Shown piece after piece: positions 28,401 through 41,414 of a DNA stretch of 64,000 nt. The stretch comes from Selaginella moellendorffii (lineage: Eukaryota; Plantae; Lycopodiophyta), in the NCBI RefSeq assembly GCF_000143415.4, contig NW_003314299.1, forward strand, positions 1,490,559 through 1,554,558. The letters are read 5' to 3'. How positions within the stretch are numbered: the first letter of the stretch is position 1; every line of letters starts with the position of its first letter. The notes beneath the pieces are model-generated. The model was not told where the DNA came from and ran no database searches. It saw only the letters and a list, made by a program, of their open reading frames with translations. The position numbers were made by a program, and so were the translations under genes.

Positions 28401-31400
28401 GTCCTCCTCTTCGTTTTGCCCGTATTTCAATTTGGCATCGACGCTTCCCTTGAAAATCTCAGCAAAGCCTTTTGCTGCAGCATCTCTGATGTCTTTCTCA
28501 TTTGAAAGAAATTGATCATTCAGTATAGGTGGCGACGGTCTCGAGTATTTTGTTGTTCGTGGTGGCTTTTCAGGAGGCCGCCGGGAAGCAAGCTCTCGCT
28601 CTTCGACAGCTTTGGGACACTCGCAGTGTTTCTGATAGAAAACGACTTAACCAACAAGCAAATCACACAAGAACAAGCCGGCAAATATACCTGATTATTG
28701 GAAGTTAGAAACAAAGGTGCGTATCCCGCTACACAATATGCATCATAGCGGGCACCAATAAGAAGCGACGCCAGTGCAATTGAAAAATCAAAACAATCGC
28801 CTCTTTGCCACTGGTGGAACAAGTAAAATAAGGTTGCATGTAAATCAACCTATGAATACCTCAATAACACTCTGTGAAGACGGTATGTAAGATGGAAAGT
28901 ACTTTGGATCTTCAAGGGTATCAAATGCTAGGAAGTTGGATATAAAGCTGGCGCATCCTTGCCACTGGTATAACTCCGTATACTCCATGTGTGATGGCCG
29001 TATTGTCGAGCAAATGAACTTTTCCACGCCACATTCATTTTTCGCTATGAGAAGCAAGGGTCTTCTCTCCGGGTATACTTGCTGAAACTATAAGCAAATT
29101 TCCCGCACGCGTTTCAGGAAAGACACGAAAAAAAGACTTACTCGCTTCTGAAGATGTTTAACGTGCTTCAAAAGAAGTTGCTCTTTCTGGGATAAAACCT
29201 GGTAAGATCTTGGCATCTGGTTTATCTGGGAAACCAAAGCTGTTTAGCCTGGAAAAAAAAGAAGATAAGTCAAGCCTTACTTTGGTATGTATAATATGAA
29301 GAACACGATCTGTTTTTGTATCCAGAGACCTCTTCATCGTAGTTTCTACCATCTGTCACGGAACAGGCTGAAAGTACTTGTAAGTGTCTTGAAACAGAAG
29401 TGGTATAAATCAAAATTTCACCAGGGGTTTCAAAGACTCCAGCATTGTCTCCATGTACATATCCCACGTTTCAGTACTAGTATCTGATTCGATTTCGTCC
29501 AAAGTTTCCACCTTGAAGATGATAAGTTTGCTGGCGTGGAAACAAATCCTGAAACGTTCTATAACGTTGTTAACTGCTGTCCAGTCTAAAATAATCACTT
29601 ACGTGCACTGTAATGCGGAAGTAATCTGGCTTTCGAGTTCTATCCAAGAACCTGAAAAGGCAAAGTGAACAGCCTGTTATCATCAGAACGTTTAAAGTGG
29701 TAGACTACCTTCGTGTGCACTTCGCTTAACTTCTGCTGAAACAGTCACAGCTGGACTGCAGCAAAACAAACACTGATTGTCAATAGTAAAATTTACTTCT
29801 AGTTCTGGTTTAGAAAGCATTACTTTGAAGGCTGTCGCAATACTTCGTCCCCGAGAGGAAGAACAAACGCTGAAGTCAACGCCGTTCCATTGCCATCAAT
29901 CCCTCCAGCAATATAAAGCCTGAATCATACAAACACCATCAATCGGTTTTAGCCGTTCAACACACATGCCAACCTGTTGTCGAATATGGTAGCGACATGG
30001 TCATATCTTGGAGATGGGCATAGACCTTCGTTTACTAACTGCTCAAAAACTCAGAAAAATAAGCTTTCCATGTAGCAGTAAAACCCAAACCTTTGTCCAA
30101 ACAAGACTATTGACGTCCAGAACATAAATGTCATCTTGCATAACGTTGCCTTTTCCCCCATGTACGTATATATTAGCTCCTATAGCCGCAACAGCAGCGT
30201 GCTCTCTGGGTGCAGGCACAGATCCTTTCGTGCGTTGCGGTATCCAAGACCATGTCTGAAAATTAAGTTTACTGAAACAAATATTTATATGAATGCGAGA
30301 CTCTTTGAATCAAAAATACTTGAGATACTTTAAAATGCTAATACCTGAGTGCAGAGTGTGTACAGATCGTTATGCCGTTGGCGAGTTCCACGGCCTCCAA
30401 ATAATATCACCTGGTTAGCAGCAACTGAGAGCGATGCACCTTCACGAATTGAAGGTACAGTCCCTTCTACAAGAGGCTGCAAAATATAAAAGTTTCAGCA
30501 TTAGCAACACAAAAACAAAAAAGTCAAATACCTGATACCAAGACACACTCTTGACATCAAGATAGTGCAGGTCATTCAAAAGCTTATTTTCTTCGTTTCG
30601 ACCACCAAAAATATACAACCTGCGACAAAAAATAAACTGTAGCCAAACAGAAACTGCATTGAGGTAACAGCATACCGCTTATGGCCATCATAGGCCGCTG
30701 CGTGACCATCACGAGGCGCAGGAGCATTTCCACTTGTCCCAGGTTTAGCCCACAACAATGTCCGCAAGTCAAACGTGTAGAGATCATCAACCTGATACAA
30801 TCCATAAGCTAAAAAAACCAGGGCAGTTACTAATACCTTTCCGTAATTGGGAATGTTTCCCCCAAACATATACAGTATAGGTCCAGCTTCCGTCATACTG
30901 TGGTGACTTCTCATTGGAGGGCCTCCTGGCGCAGACTCAAATCGCGTAGGAAACTGCAAGTAAGAGCCTGGAAACCAATAATGTCGGATGAATCACAGGT
31001 CTCTACATTACATTCTCTTACCAACAATTGTAGGCTGAGGCTTTTGACGAATGAGCTCTTCTAGTTGCTGCTGCGAAAATGACTCCCGCAAGAACTCCAT
31101 AAACTCTTCAAAACCCTGTCATGACGGTCAAGGTTTCAAAATCGAAGAAGATCAAAATTCAGTATCTAGGCATACCCGAGAGTAAACTTTGTTGGCAGGC
31201 TCTGCAAGAGGATTTGCTTCGCAGTTGAACTCTTGTAGGTTCTTTAGAAGGCTGAGTGATGGTGGAATATGTACGAGGCGGTTGTTATGGACGTCCAGAA
31301 GTATCAGCTCCTTGAGATTTTGCAAAGCCAGAGGTAAAGTGGAGAGCATGTTTGAGCTGACATCCAAGCGTTGTAGGTGTCTAAGCGTTCCAAGCGATTC

Positions 31401-32127
31401 TGGTAGCTCGGTAAGCTGATTATTTGCTGCCAGTAAAAAAGAAAACCTTCAAGGCTTTTGAAAAGTATGCAAAGTACTAAGAGAACTTACCAACATTCAA
31501 ATAAAGCAAGAATCCTAAGTTTTTCCAAAATGTCGGCAGCGACGTCAGATAGTTGCGAGCAAAGTTGAGCTCGCGAAGTGCAATCAATGAACCGACCAAA
31601 TGATCCATCTCCCTTATTTCATTCTCAGAGACATCAAGGACCTGAAAAACCACGAAAATTAATTGGAGCTAATGCGCGGAAGACTTACCTGAAGCTTATG
31701 AAAGGAAAACACGACTTGAGGTAGCTGATGAAGATTGTTTTGATATAGTCTTAGAGCTCGTAGGCCACGAAACTCAGAAATCTCCGGTATCACATCCGTC
31801 AATTGGTTGCTGAGCAGGAAAATCCAATGAAAAAACCAAACAGATTAATCAGTAAAGAATCTTATGCAGCTATAGATCAACAGCCTACTTGTGAAAGTCG
31901 AACTCGATCACAACATTAGCACCAGCTCCTTTTATCATGTTTACTAATCCTTGTGGCAGCTCTTCGAGCTCCAAGCCGCTGTGAAGATCAAAACATAGTG
32001 AGAAAAAAACCGAGCATTTCGAGATATTGGTTTACCTGAGTACAAGCTTCTGTGACTTCCGGCAATCGGCCATGCGAGCCTTGATCTTCTTGAGCTTCAC
32101 GAAGCTTTGTTTGCTCTTCGTCGCCAT
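25424..32127 (-). CDS. DRC7: Dynein regulatory complex subunit 7 (CCDC135/FAP50-like) with N-terminal LRR and Kelch domains in one spliced frame
   Basis: DRC7 motifs: PERRPLLL..NECGVEKFICSTIRP, GDCFDFSIALASLLIGARYDAYCVAGYAP, VHCWVMI, FFVEPSTG, WNQSNVWINMQ, PPSWVPKLEI and FRIRILEKR. LRR exons lie at 31177-32127 and kelch exons at 29825-30970. The junctions I checked between the domains are GT-AG and phase-compatible. Confidence 0.8.
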
Positions 32128-32189
32128 GGCTGCCGATGGAAGAGATGGACAAAGACTGGAGAAAATGCAAGGCGCTCCTCCTAGACGAG

Positions 32190-32545
32190 AACTAAACCCC
32201 TAAAACCCTACCCTACGCGATCCAATCCAAGCTCTGGAATCCACAATGCTAAATCCCTCGCCTGGGATCTCTCAATGCCGCCTCCTAAATCGATCGAAGT
32301 ACCCGCACTGCTACCAAACTCACATATTTCGAGCACAACACTCCATCGTGAAGCTCATACACGTGATCGATCAATCGCCCTGCCCATTCGCCGCGCGGAG
32401 GCATCCAAAAACCCTAGCCCTAAAACTCTTTCTGCTGAATGCAACAACTGCTTTAAAATGCAGGGTATATTCCCAATAGCGCGCGAGCCGTCCGATCAAG
32501 ACACCCGTAAAACCCTATCGGCGGGGATTAGGGTTAGGGCTTTAG
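32190..32545. promoter_or_regulatory. Shared divergent promoter region with several telo-boxes (AAACCCTA / TAGGGTT)
   Basis: aaaccct at ~32202, ~32408 and ~32510, and ttagggttaggg at ~32528, within the ~445 bp between the DRC7-fusion ATG and the RPL7 ATG. Telo-boxes are typical of plant ribosomal protein promoters. Confidence 0.6.
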
Positions 32546-32571
32546 GAAGGGGGCCGCCGAGTTCTTGAGCA

Positions 32572-33644
32572 ATGGCGACGGAAGAGATGCAGGTGGACGC
32601 TCCCCCGGCGGCCGTGGTGCCCGAATCAGTGCTCAAGAAGCGCAGGCGCGACGAGCAGTGGAGCGTGGAGAGAAAGGAGCGCCTCGCCCTCGCCCAGAAG
32701 AAGAACAAGAGCAATCGCCGGCTGATTTTCAAGCGCGCCGAGCAGTATGTCAAGGAGTACCGTGATCAGGTATGGGGGGCAGCATTCTATCGCTCGATTC
32801 CTGTGGCATTTTCTCACTCCTTGCATTGGATCTCCAGGAGCAGGATCTGATTCGGCTCAAGAGGGAGGCCAAGCGCAAAGGAGGCTTTTACGTCGAGCCG
32901 GAAGCCAAGCTCATGTTCGTCATCCGGATAAGAGGGTGAGTGGTTTTTCTTTCTCGATTTTAAGTCTGTACAAACGGAGTATTATCTTTTGTTTTCATCC
33001 AGTATCAACGACATGCATCCCAAGACCCGGAAGATCTTGCAGCTTCTTCGCCTGCGTCAGGTAAATTCCTTGTGAAAGCTGCGATTGTGAAACGAGTTCT
33101 CTGACTATCACGTTCTTTCTTTTATAGATCTTCAATGGGGTGTTCATGAAGGTGAACAAGGCAACCATGAACATGCTCAAGAGAGTCGAGCCGTACGTGA
33201 CTTACGGGTAGGTTTCTTTGTTTTCCAAGATCACCATCACGATTTCTAAGCAAAACTCTCCAGGTATCCGAATCACAAGAGCGTGAGAGAGCTCATCTAC
33301 AAGCGTGGCTACGGGAAAGTCAACAAGAAGCGCATCGCTCTCACCGATAACTCGATCATCGAAGAGGTAAGATCCTTTTCTACGATGACTTCTCTAGTTC
33401 TCATCGTTTCTTATTTGTTCTTTCTCAGAGCTTGGGGAAGTATGGAATCATCTGTATCGAGGATCTCATCCACGAGATCTACACGGTCGGGCCACACTTC
33501 AAGGAGGCGAATAACTTCTTGTGGCCTTTCAAGCTCAGCGCTCCTCTCGGCGGATTGAAGAAGAAGAGGAATCACTACATCGAGGGAGGAGACGCTGGAA
33601 ACAGGGAGGTCAAAGTTAACGCTTTGATCCGCCGGATGAACTAA
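32572..33644 (+). CDS. RPL7: 60S ribosomal protein L7 (uL30), multi-exon
   Basis: [61 protein letters not shown] and [10 protein letters not shown]. Confidence 0.97.
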
Positions 33645-34155
33645 ATCGCCCTCTCAACACCCTCTTTTTTGCCTGGTTTTATGCTGTGTGTTCTTCCAGA
33701 GCGAGACTTTTAAATGATCGAGAATATTCGCAACGAAAACTCGAATCTAGGGCAAATCGGAATATGCTTAAGAGATGCGTTTAGGTGATGTTTTTTAAAA
33801 AAAGGCCCAACGGCTCCTTTGGCGCCCGCCGCCCGTGAGCAAATTCGTGTACGGATAGAATGTGGCCACTTTGCGCCAGTGGCCGTACGACTGCCGGCTG
33901 AATGAGCGCACGTCTTCCCTGCGGGGGTCTTTCCTTATTCCCCCCTCTCTCTTTGTCCAAGGCACTTCTTTCAAGGCTCTACTTTCGCTAGGGTTTGATC
34001 GATCGAGGAGCGTTTCTTGCGTTATCGGGCAGGCGGCGCGTGGAAATTCCGTGAATCGGGAGCATTTTCGCCACGATCGACAGTGCTGGAGGTAAGCGGC
34101 GCCTCCTTTCTTGGCCCTGGATCTTTATTTCGAGAGCTGGTTGGGATTTCTAGGC

Positions 34156-36813
34156 ATGGACGCCGCCAGTGAGACGACTTGTGGATCTTTGCTGCGGGAG
34201 CTCCAGGTAAGAGCTTCTTAGATCCTACATTGCGCGAATGGACACTGAAAATGGCACTGCGCAGCACATCTGGGACGAGGTCGGGGAGAGCGATGAAGAA
34301 AGAGATCGTATGTTACTCCAGTTAGAACAGGAGTGTTTGGAAGTTTATCGGCGAAAGGTGGATCAAGCAAACCATGGGCGAGCTAGGCTACACCGGGCTC
34401 TTGCTGATGCCGAGGCAGAGCTAGCTGCGCTTGTGTCTACACTTGGAGAAAGACCTATCATTGTGAGTTTCTTGGCTCTTGGATCTTTTTCTTGTTCTCT
34501 CTTTAAAATTTTTGTGTAGATCGAGAATCGTTTGGGCACGCTAAAGGAGCAGTTTGCAGCAGTTTATCCCATCGTCGAAGAGATGAAACAGAAGAAGGAG
34601 GAGCGCAGTAGACAAATTGCCGATGTGAGGTTCCAGATCCAGAAAATTCGTGGAGACATTGCGGGAGCTCCGATCAACGACACGCCGGTTGAGGAAGATT
34701 TAACGTTGAGGAAGCTTGAAGAGTACCAGCTTCAGCTGCAGGCGTTGCAAAAAGAAAAGGTAAGAGAGCTTTTTCTATACTGGATGGAACATTGAATGCT
34801 CTAACTATATGTCTTTATGTCTAGTGTGATCGAATGAACAAAGTCATGGAGTATGTGAATCTCATTCATGACTTATGTAGCGTTTTGGCTATCGACTTCT
34901 TGAAGACAGTGGGTGAAGTACATCCCAGCCTGGAGAGTCTAGAGAGCACTCACACAAGAAGTATAAGTAATGAGACGTTAGCAAAACTTCAAAACACGGC
35001 GCAACGATTGCAGCAAGAAAAGAAGGAGCGCATGATAAAGGTGATCTCTTTTCTTCTTTTTCGATTCAACCAAAACAATTGTTTATGCAGCTGCAAGAAT
35101 TGGGAGAGGCTTTGATTGAGTTGTGGAGCCTCATGGATACTCCGTCCGAGGAGCAGAACTGTTTTCAGCATATTACCTGCCATCTTGCTGCTAGAGATGA
35201 CGAAGTGACAACTCCTGGAGCGCTTTCTTTGGACGTCATGGAACAGGTTCAAAGCTATAAGACGTGTTTCCATAGAGTATCTTAACTGTTTCATTCTTCT
35301 GGCAGGCGGATTTGGAAGTTCAAAGGCTGAGCCATCTCAAGATTAGCAAGATGAAGGAGCTTGTGCTGAAGAAGCGATCAGAGCTCGAAGATATCTGCCG
35401 TCGCGCTCACATGGAATGTGACGAAAATGTGTCGGAAGAGAAGATCAGCGCTCTCATTGATTCAGGTAACGGCGATAACCGGCTTCTTTCTTACACGATC
35501 TAAATAACGTATCTTGAAGGTATGATTGATGCTGCGGACCTTCTCTCAAACATGGAAGACCAGATTGGCAAGGCGAAGGAGGAAGCATTCTACAGAAAAG
35601 AGATTATGGATAAGATCGAGCGCTGGATAGCAGCATGCGAAGAAGAAAGCTGGCTAGAAGACTACAGCAAAGACGAGAACAGGTACTCTGCCAGCAGAGG
35701 CGCACACTTGAACCTGAAACGTGCTGAACGTGCTCGTGCCACAGTCAACAAGCTACCAGGTATACTTTTGTTTTATTGACAGTGCGTGTATGCAATTAAC
35801 ACTTCCATGCAGCTCTTATCGAGTCGCTAAAGGCCAAAGCGAGGTCGTGGGAAGAAGAAAGAGGTGCTCCATTCTTCTACGACGGGGTATGCAATTCTCA
35901 TGCTCCATGCTGTTTATCCTTACGCTGTTTCGCCAGGTGAGCTTACTCGCAATGCTCGAAGAGTACAACCACTTGCGACGTGAAAAGGAAGAAGAGAAGC
36001 GACGGATGCGGGTAAGCATTTGCTTTCCTATAGCTACAGCCATGCGAAACAATCGTTTTCTGGCTGGCAGGATCACAAGCGCATCCAGGAGCAACTAATC
36101 ACCGAGCAAGAAGTTCTCTTCGGATCGCGTCCGAGTCCGATCAAGCCCAACAGCGTCAAGAAGACCGCGGGTCTAGGCGCAAGGACGATGAACGGCGCCG
36201 CCGGCGGCACTACGCCGGCCAACCGTCGTCTGTCCATGGGAGGAGGAGGAGGAGGAGGAGGCAGGAACGGACGCCTCGCAACAACACCAGCTCCAAAGCT
36301 CGAGGATAACAACGCAGGTGGGTCTGACAGTGAGATCGCTTCTGTCACCACCGATTATCGCCTGCAGGTGCCCATCCTCTGAGCTTCCAGCCCGACCGGA
36401 AGCCATTGACGCCACTCGTCTACCAGCAGCAGCAGCAGCAGCAGCAGCAGGCTTCCACGAGAATCATCAACTCTGCCGATTGCTTTGCCAGTCCGGTGAA
36501 GCCGACCTCGCTATCTCTAGGTGCCAAGCACAGCAACACCGGCATCGCGAATAACACCAGCTACACCAACAAGAGCAACAGCAGCACCACTTTATACAAG
36601 AAGTGCGAGCCGCTAGAGGAGGTGGTGATCACTCCAGTCGCCTCTAAGCAGGCCGACCAAGGGAGCTTGAGAAGCGGTGGCTCGCTGCTCGTCCCCGAGA
36701 TTGGCTCAGTTCTTCTTCCACACAATGCTCCAGGCATTGTTCCAAGCAGGCTACCGCAGCAGGAGATGGAGTACTCCTTTGAAGAAAGGAGGCTGCTGTG
36801 TCTAGCTAGGTAG
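34156..36813 (+). CDS. MAP65: Microtubule-associated protein MAP65/Ase1/PRC1 family, multi-exon
   Basis: [63 protein letters not shown] and a C-terminal EYSFEERR. Confidence 0.95.
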
Positions 36814-37656
36814 GAATCTCATGTATATAGAGATTAACAGCAATTAGTTTACTACTCTGCCAAAGATGATCCTATCGTTGTTTCTTGTTGACGTGGTATG
36901 GTGTGTAGGGAGAAATCAAAAGAATATTTCGCAACAATGCAACATTGGGAAGATTTTGAGGGTGATTGTGCTGGATTCAGCAACTTTGGTGAAACTTGTG
37001 CATATGTGTTGGCAAATAAAAAATAAAGAGAAAAAAGGAAAAGAGAAACGTCACTTGATTTTGGTGCAACTCTTTGGACCGTCGATGCGAACTGTAACGT
37101 GGGGCGTTTATGGCGCTTGGATGCAAACTACCGCACGCTTTAATGATCATGGCTGCGATGTCATCCAATCCAGGCCGTCGAAAATGGAGAACGAATCGCG
37201 AATGCGTGATGATGGGGTGGAATTGTCATGCTCTCCAGAATGGAGCTCGAATCTTGAGAAAAAAAAGCAAGACAAAAAAAAAGATAAATATTTCCGAAAA
37301 ATCAATCCATTTCAAGTCAGTCTGATTGATCGCGAAAGCAGGAGGAGAAAATTAAAACGGGTCGATCATTCACTATGTGTAATTGGCAAGAACTAACCTC
37401 CAGTAAAAAGTTAAGAAAAAACTAGGAAGAAAAAAGAAGCTAGTGAAAATCTTTGTAGAGCTCCATTTTTTTTTGGTAGTCCTAGCGTCCCTCAAACCAA
37501 GCAATGTGTGTGTGTGCTCACTCGATGTGGACTCTCTCCTCTTCTCAAAGTAATTTTCCTTCCTTTTCTCCTCTCCTCCAATTTTTTCCTGAAGGGCTTT
37601 AGCGAGAAGGAAAAAAGAAAGAGGAGAGGGAGCGAGTGAAAGAAATTTGGGCTGCA

Positions 37657-39686
37657 ATGCGATGTTGTGGGTTTCCTTGTTTTGATAGAGCCAGGGCGGT
37701 GGTAGCGGTTTTTCTCGTTTTCTATTTGGTTTTGGGTGTGACTCTTGTTTTGGGCGATGACGATCGCGGCCGCCAGCGATCCCTGACAATCCAGCGCGTT
37801 CTAGAAAAGATCAACAAGCCAGGCGTCGCCAGCATCCAGGTCGGTAAGCATTTCCTTTTCTCCATTTTCCTTTCCTCCATTTGGGAAGTTCTCGACTAAA
37901 GAATCTTCTTCCTTGATGTTCTTCCTTAAATTATTCGTGGGTGAAGAGTCCTGATGGAGATATTATCGACTGCGTTCCCATCGCCAACCAGCCGGCATTC
38001 GATCATCCATTGCTGCAAGGCTCCAAGCTACAGGTTCTCATATAAATTCTCACTTCCTTAGAAATCTCCTCTAACCTTCATGCCTGCTTGTTTGATCGGT
38101 GGTAAACTTGGTTCCCACGTTTGCGTGTTTTCCTTCGAGCATTCGTAAAATTACGTGTTTCTTCTTGTTCTACCATTTTGCTCGAGGCATTGGTGTCACT
38201 GATCGAGCGAATTTTTTGCTATCAACTTTACAGATCTCGCCATCAAATTCCTCGTTTCTTCTGGCCTCCAAGAGTGGCAGAAAGATCCAGCAGCGATGGC
38301 ACCAAGCTGGCCAGCGTTGTCCCAAAGGCAGCATTCCAGTCCGCCGGACGCTCGAGCTGGACGTGGAGAGAATCGCTCAGCAGCGCGAAAATCACTCGAT
38401 CGATTCCTTTGCTCGAAAATCCCAGGGCCCTCCACACGTAGACAGCCACAAAAGCTTGCAAGCTGCGGTACCTTCTAGCTCCAGGCAACACGAGGTAAGT
38501 TTTTCTTTTTATTCTTCTTCATTGTTCCTCCAAGTTGATGCATTTGGATTCTTCTCTTCGATCCTTGTTTTCGTGCTGCTGTTTTCCTGTTCACTTTTGT
38601 CAGGTTTTATCTTCATTGCGGTACAGTTCATGTTCGCAACTTTGTCTCTGTGCAGCTTTCTTACACCTTTTCTTCTTTTTTTTTACTTTTTTCTTTTTTT
38701 TTTTGAGATTTAGCACGCAATTGCGTACGCGGAGGGTGTGTTTTACGGAGCCGAGGCCGTGATCAATGTATGGGATCCGTCAGTAGAAGGTGCAGATGAG
38801 TTCAGCCTCTCGCAAGTCTGGATTCTCTCCGGAACTTTCAATGTTGATCTCAACAGTGTTGAAGCAGGCTGGCAGGTATTCAAAACTATTTCTCAAAAAA
38901 AAAACAAAAAGACAAGAAAAAAGCAGAAACAACTCACAAGAATTTCCAGGTGAACCCCGCTCTCTACGGCGACAGGAATCCCCGATTCTTCACATACTGG
39001 ACAGTAAGAAGTTTTCTTGTTTTGTGTTCATCTTTCTCAGGCTTTTCCAAATATCTCAGAGTGATTCTTACCGTGGCACTGGCTGCTACAACCTTCTGTG
39101 CGAAGGCTTCGTGCAAATCAACGACCAAGTCGTGCTGGGCGGAGCAGTCGCACCCGTTTCATCACTTAACGGCGTCCAATACGACATCCGCATCCTCATC
39201 TTCAAGGTACACACAAAAACCTCCAAACTTTTCTCTTCAATCTTCTCAACATATCTCAAGCTCTAGAGAAAGAGATCTTCCATCGTCCCAAGAAACGTCT
39301 CACAAACTTTTTATTCACTTTCGCAGGACTTCATAACCGGCAATTGGTGGCTTCGCTATGGAGACGAGCTCATTGGCTACTGGCCTCCGCAGCTCTTCAC
39401 TCACTTGGCCGGCTTTGCAAACGTGATTGAGTGGGGCGGCGAAGTGGTGAACACGAGACCAAACAACAGGCACACGGCAACACAGATGGGAAGCGGTCAC
39501 TACCCGCAGGCAGGCTACGCGGTGGCCAGTTATCTCAAAAACCTTCGTGTGGTGGATCTCACCAGCTTGCTGCGCGGCCCGGCTAGCATTTTTACGCTGT
39601 CCACCAAGCCCGACTGCTACAGTATCCGATCCTCGGGTGGAACTTTCTTTTACGGGGGGCCTGGATTGAGTTCTTCCTGTCAATAA
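37657..39686 (+). CDS. Neprosin-family (DUF239) glutamic peptidase 2 with activation peptide, multi-exon
   Basis: Hydrophobic N-terminus, [61 protein letters not shown] and QMGSGHYP. Confidence 0.92.
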
Positions 39687-40189
39687 CAAACAAATGTGTT
39701 AGACTGGAGGGAGGTGATTTCAAGAGGATGTTGGTGGTACAATTCCACTGATGATCAAAAACGTCAAGAGAAGGGCAAAAAGAGCAGATTGGCATTCAAT
39801 TTGACTAATAAGATTGATCTTCCAATTTATTCATGTGAGAGACAAGAAAAACTAAAGTTTAAAATGTTTATATGGTAATAAGAACAACTGAAATTTTTAA
39901 TTGCTTTTTAAAAATAATACAAAAATACCACAGTAGCATCAGATGACAACAAATAAGGCTTTCTTTCAGAAAATAAGAGTTTCTTAGAGGTGAGACTTTA
40001 TATATTATTGCTTGTGAATCTATTTATTTTGAGAGTTTTAATATGGAGTTAAGAGATGTTTTATTTCTACTTAGCTTAATTCAAAATCTATTATCAATTT
40101 CTCAGCTTATAAGTCAAAGTGTTCATTCCTATTTCCTAAAGTGATTTAAAGTACCTAAACTCTACAATTTTTGGAGGTTTCAACTATAG

Positions 40190-40869
40190 AACAACAAACT
40201 CCTGCAATCGCTCGCCCTCGAGAGGCCACCGCTGTCCGTGTTGCCGCACTACCATGCCATCTCGACTTGTACGCAGCACGCTCGCATCTGGCTTATTACG
40301 GCCACAACTTGAAGTTTTGTGCCTCTCCAGAGTTATATATGTTCAAGAGTTTTGTTGGACTAGATGGCCGGCTTGGGACGCAGGATTCTAGCACGCAAGA
40401 GGAGGAGGAGGTATGTACATGTTTCTGTGTGCAAGCTTTTATTCCTTTCTTTCTTGCCAGGTTCTAGCAAATGGTTTCTGCAAGTAGCGCACTCCGTCCT
40501 TCATGGAGAAAGCTGTGAGGGCCTGCACTATGGTAGACATGTGATACTAGCATCCATTCTTTAACACACATTAAAATCTTTGCATGATTTCTTTTTGTGA
40601 TGTTCTCCAGCCAAATGGAAAAGGCATGGTTGATGAACATGCGGCCAGAGGACTATGATCTCGCAAAGCCACCGGACATAGCGATGTGGCGCGCTTACAG
40701 ACAGTACGTTGGGCATCCCGTGGTGGTTCCGAAAGAGCAGCCCAAGATTGAAGGCCGCGTCCTTTCCACTATCAACTATAAATACACCCGCTACCTTCAC
40801 ACCGAGGCCTTCTCAAGGAAGGAGGAGGAGATTCCAATACCAGGACTTCTATGCTCGTTTCGTCATTAA
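40190..40869 (+). pseudogene. 5'-truncated copy (exons 4-7) of the unrecognised 7-exon gene
   Basis: Homologous to 43594-44250, with deletions and an altered C-terminus. Confidence 0.8.
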
Positions 40870-41414
40870 TGTAATATCAGCTAGTTCAATGGAGTGATTT
40901 CTCTCTCTGAGGCGATGCTTAGATGGTTGCCTGCGTAGTGCACGCATGCTTAGAACGGCAGAGCTTCGATGCGATGTAACCTGTTTGAGCTAAGATGGAG
41001 CCATTCAACTTAAATGCGAGTGAGAAGAGATACTACGATGGGCCATTATGTGGACACGACCAAGTTCGAGGCTCTGGTATGTGAGAAAATCTTTCTCCTG
41101 GCTTTGATTTCCTTTTTCCCTCCTTTCTTCCAGGACGCAGTGCAGAGGTAGACACTTTGAACGCCTCACGTGAAAAGTTAAAGAAGTTTCCGAGCACGAC
41201 ATTTCCCCTCGAGATATCGGGCTCATAAAGAAGCAGATTGCTGACGCGCTGGAGCCTGGAGATATGGTGCTTGTTTTTTATTGTACGGCATTGTCATGCT
41301 TGGTAGTAGTATTCTATTGTCTTGGGTATGCCACTCACGCTAGCAGTATTCCTTTTGTCTTTCACTGAATGCATGCATATGCTTGTGCCTAGCTTATACA
41401 TCTCTGTGGATCTT

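Noticed and set aside
36866-37789. Lys-rich ORFs between MAP65 and neprosin 2
   Set aside because: They arise from A-rich or T-rich UTR and promoter sequence.
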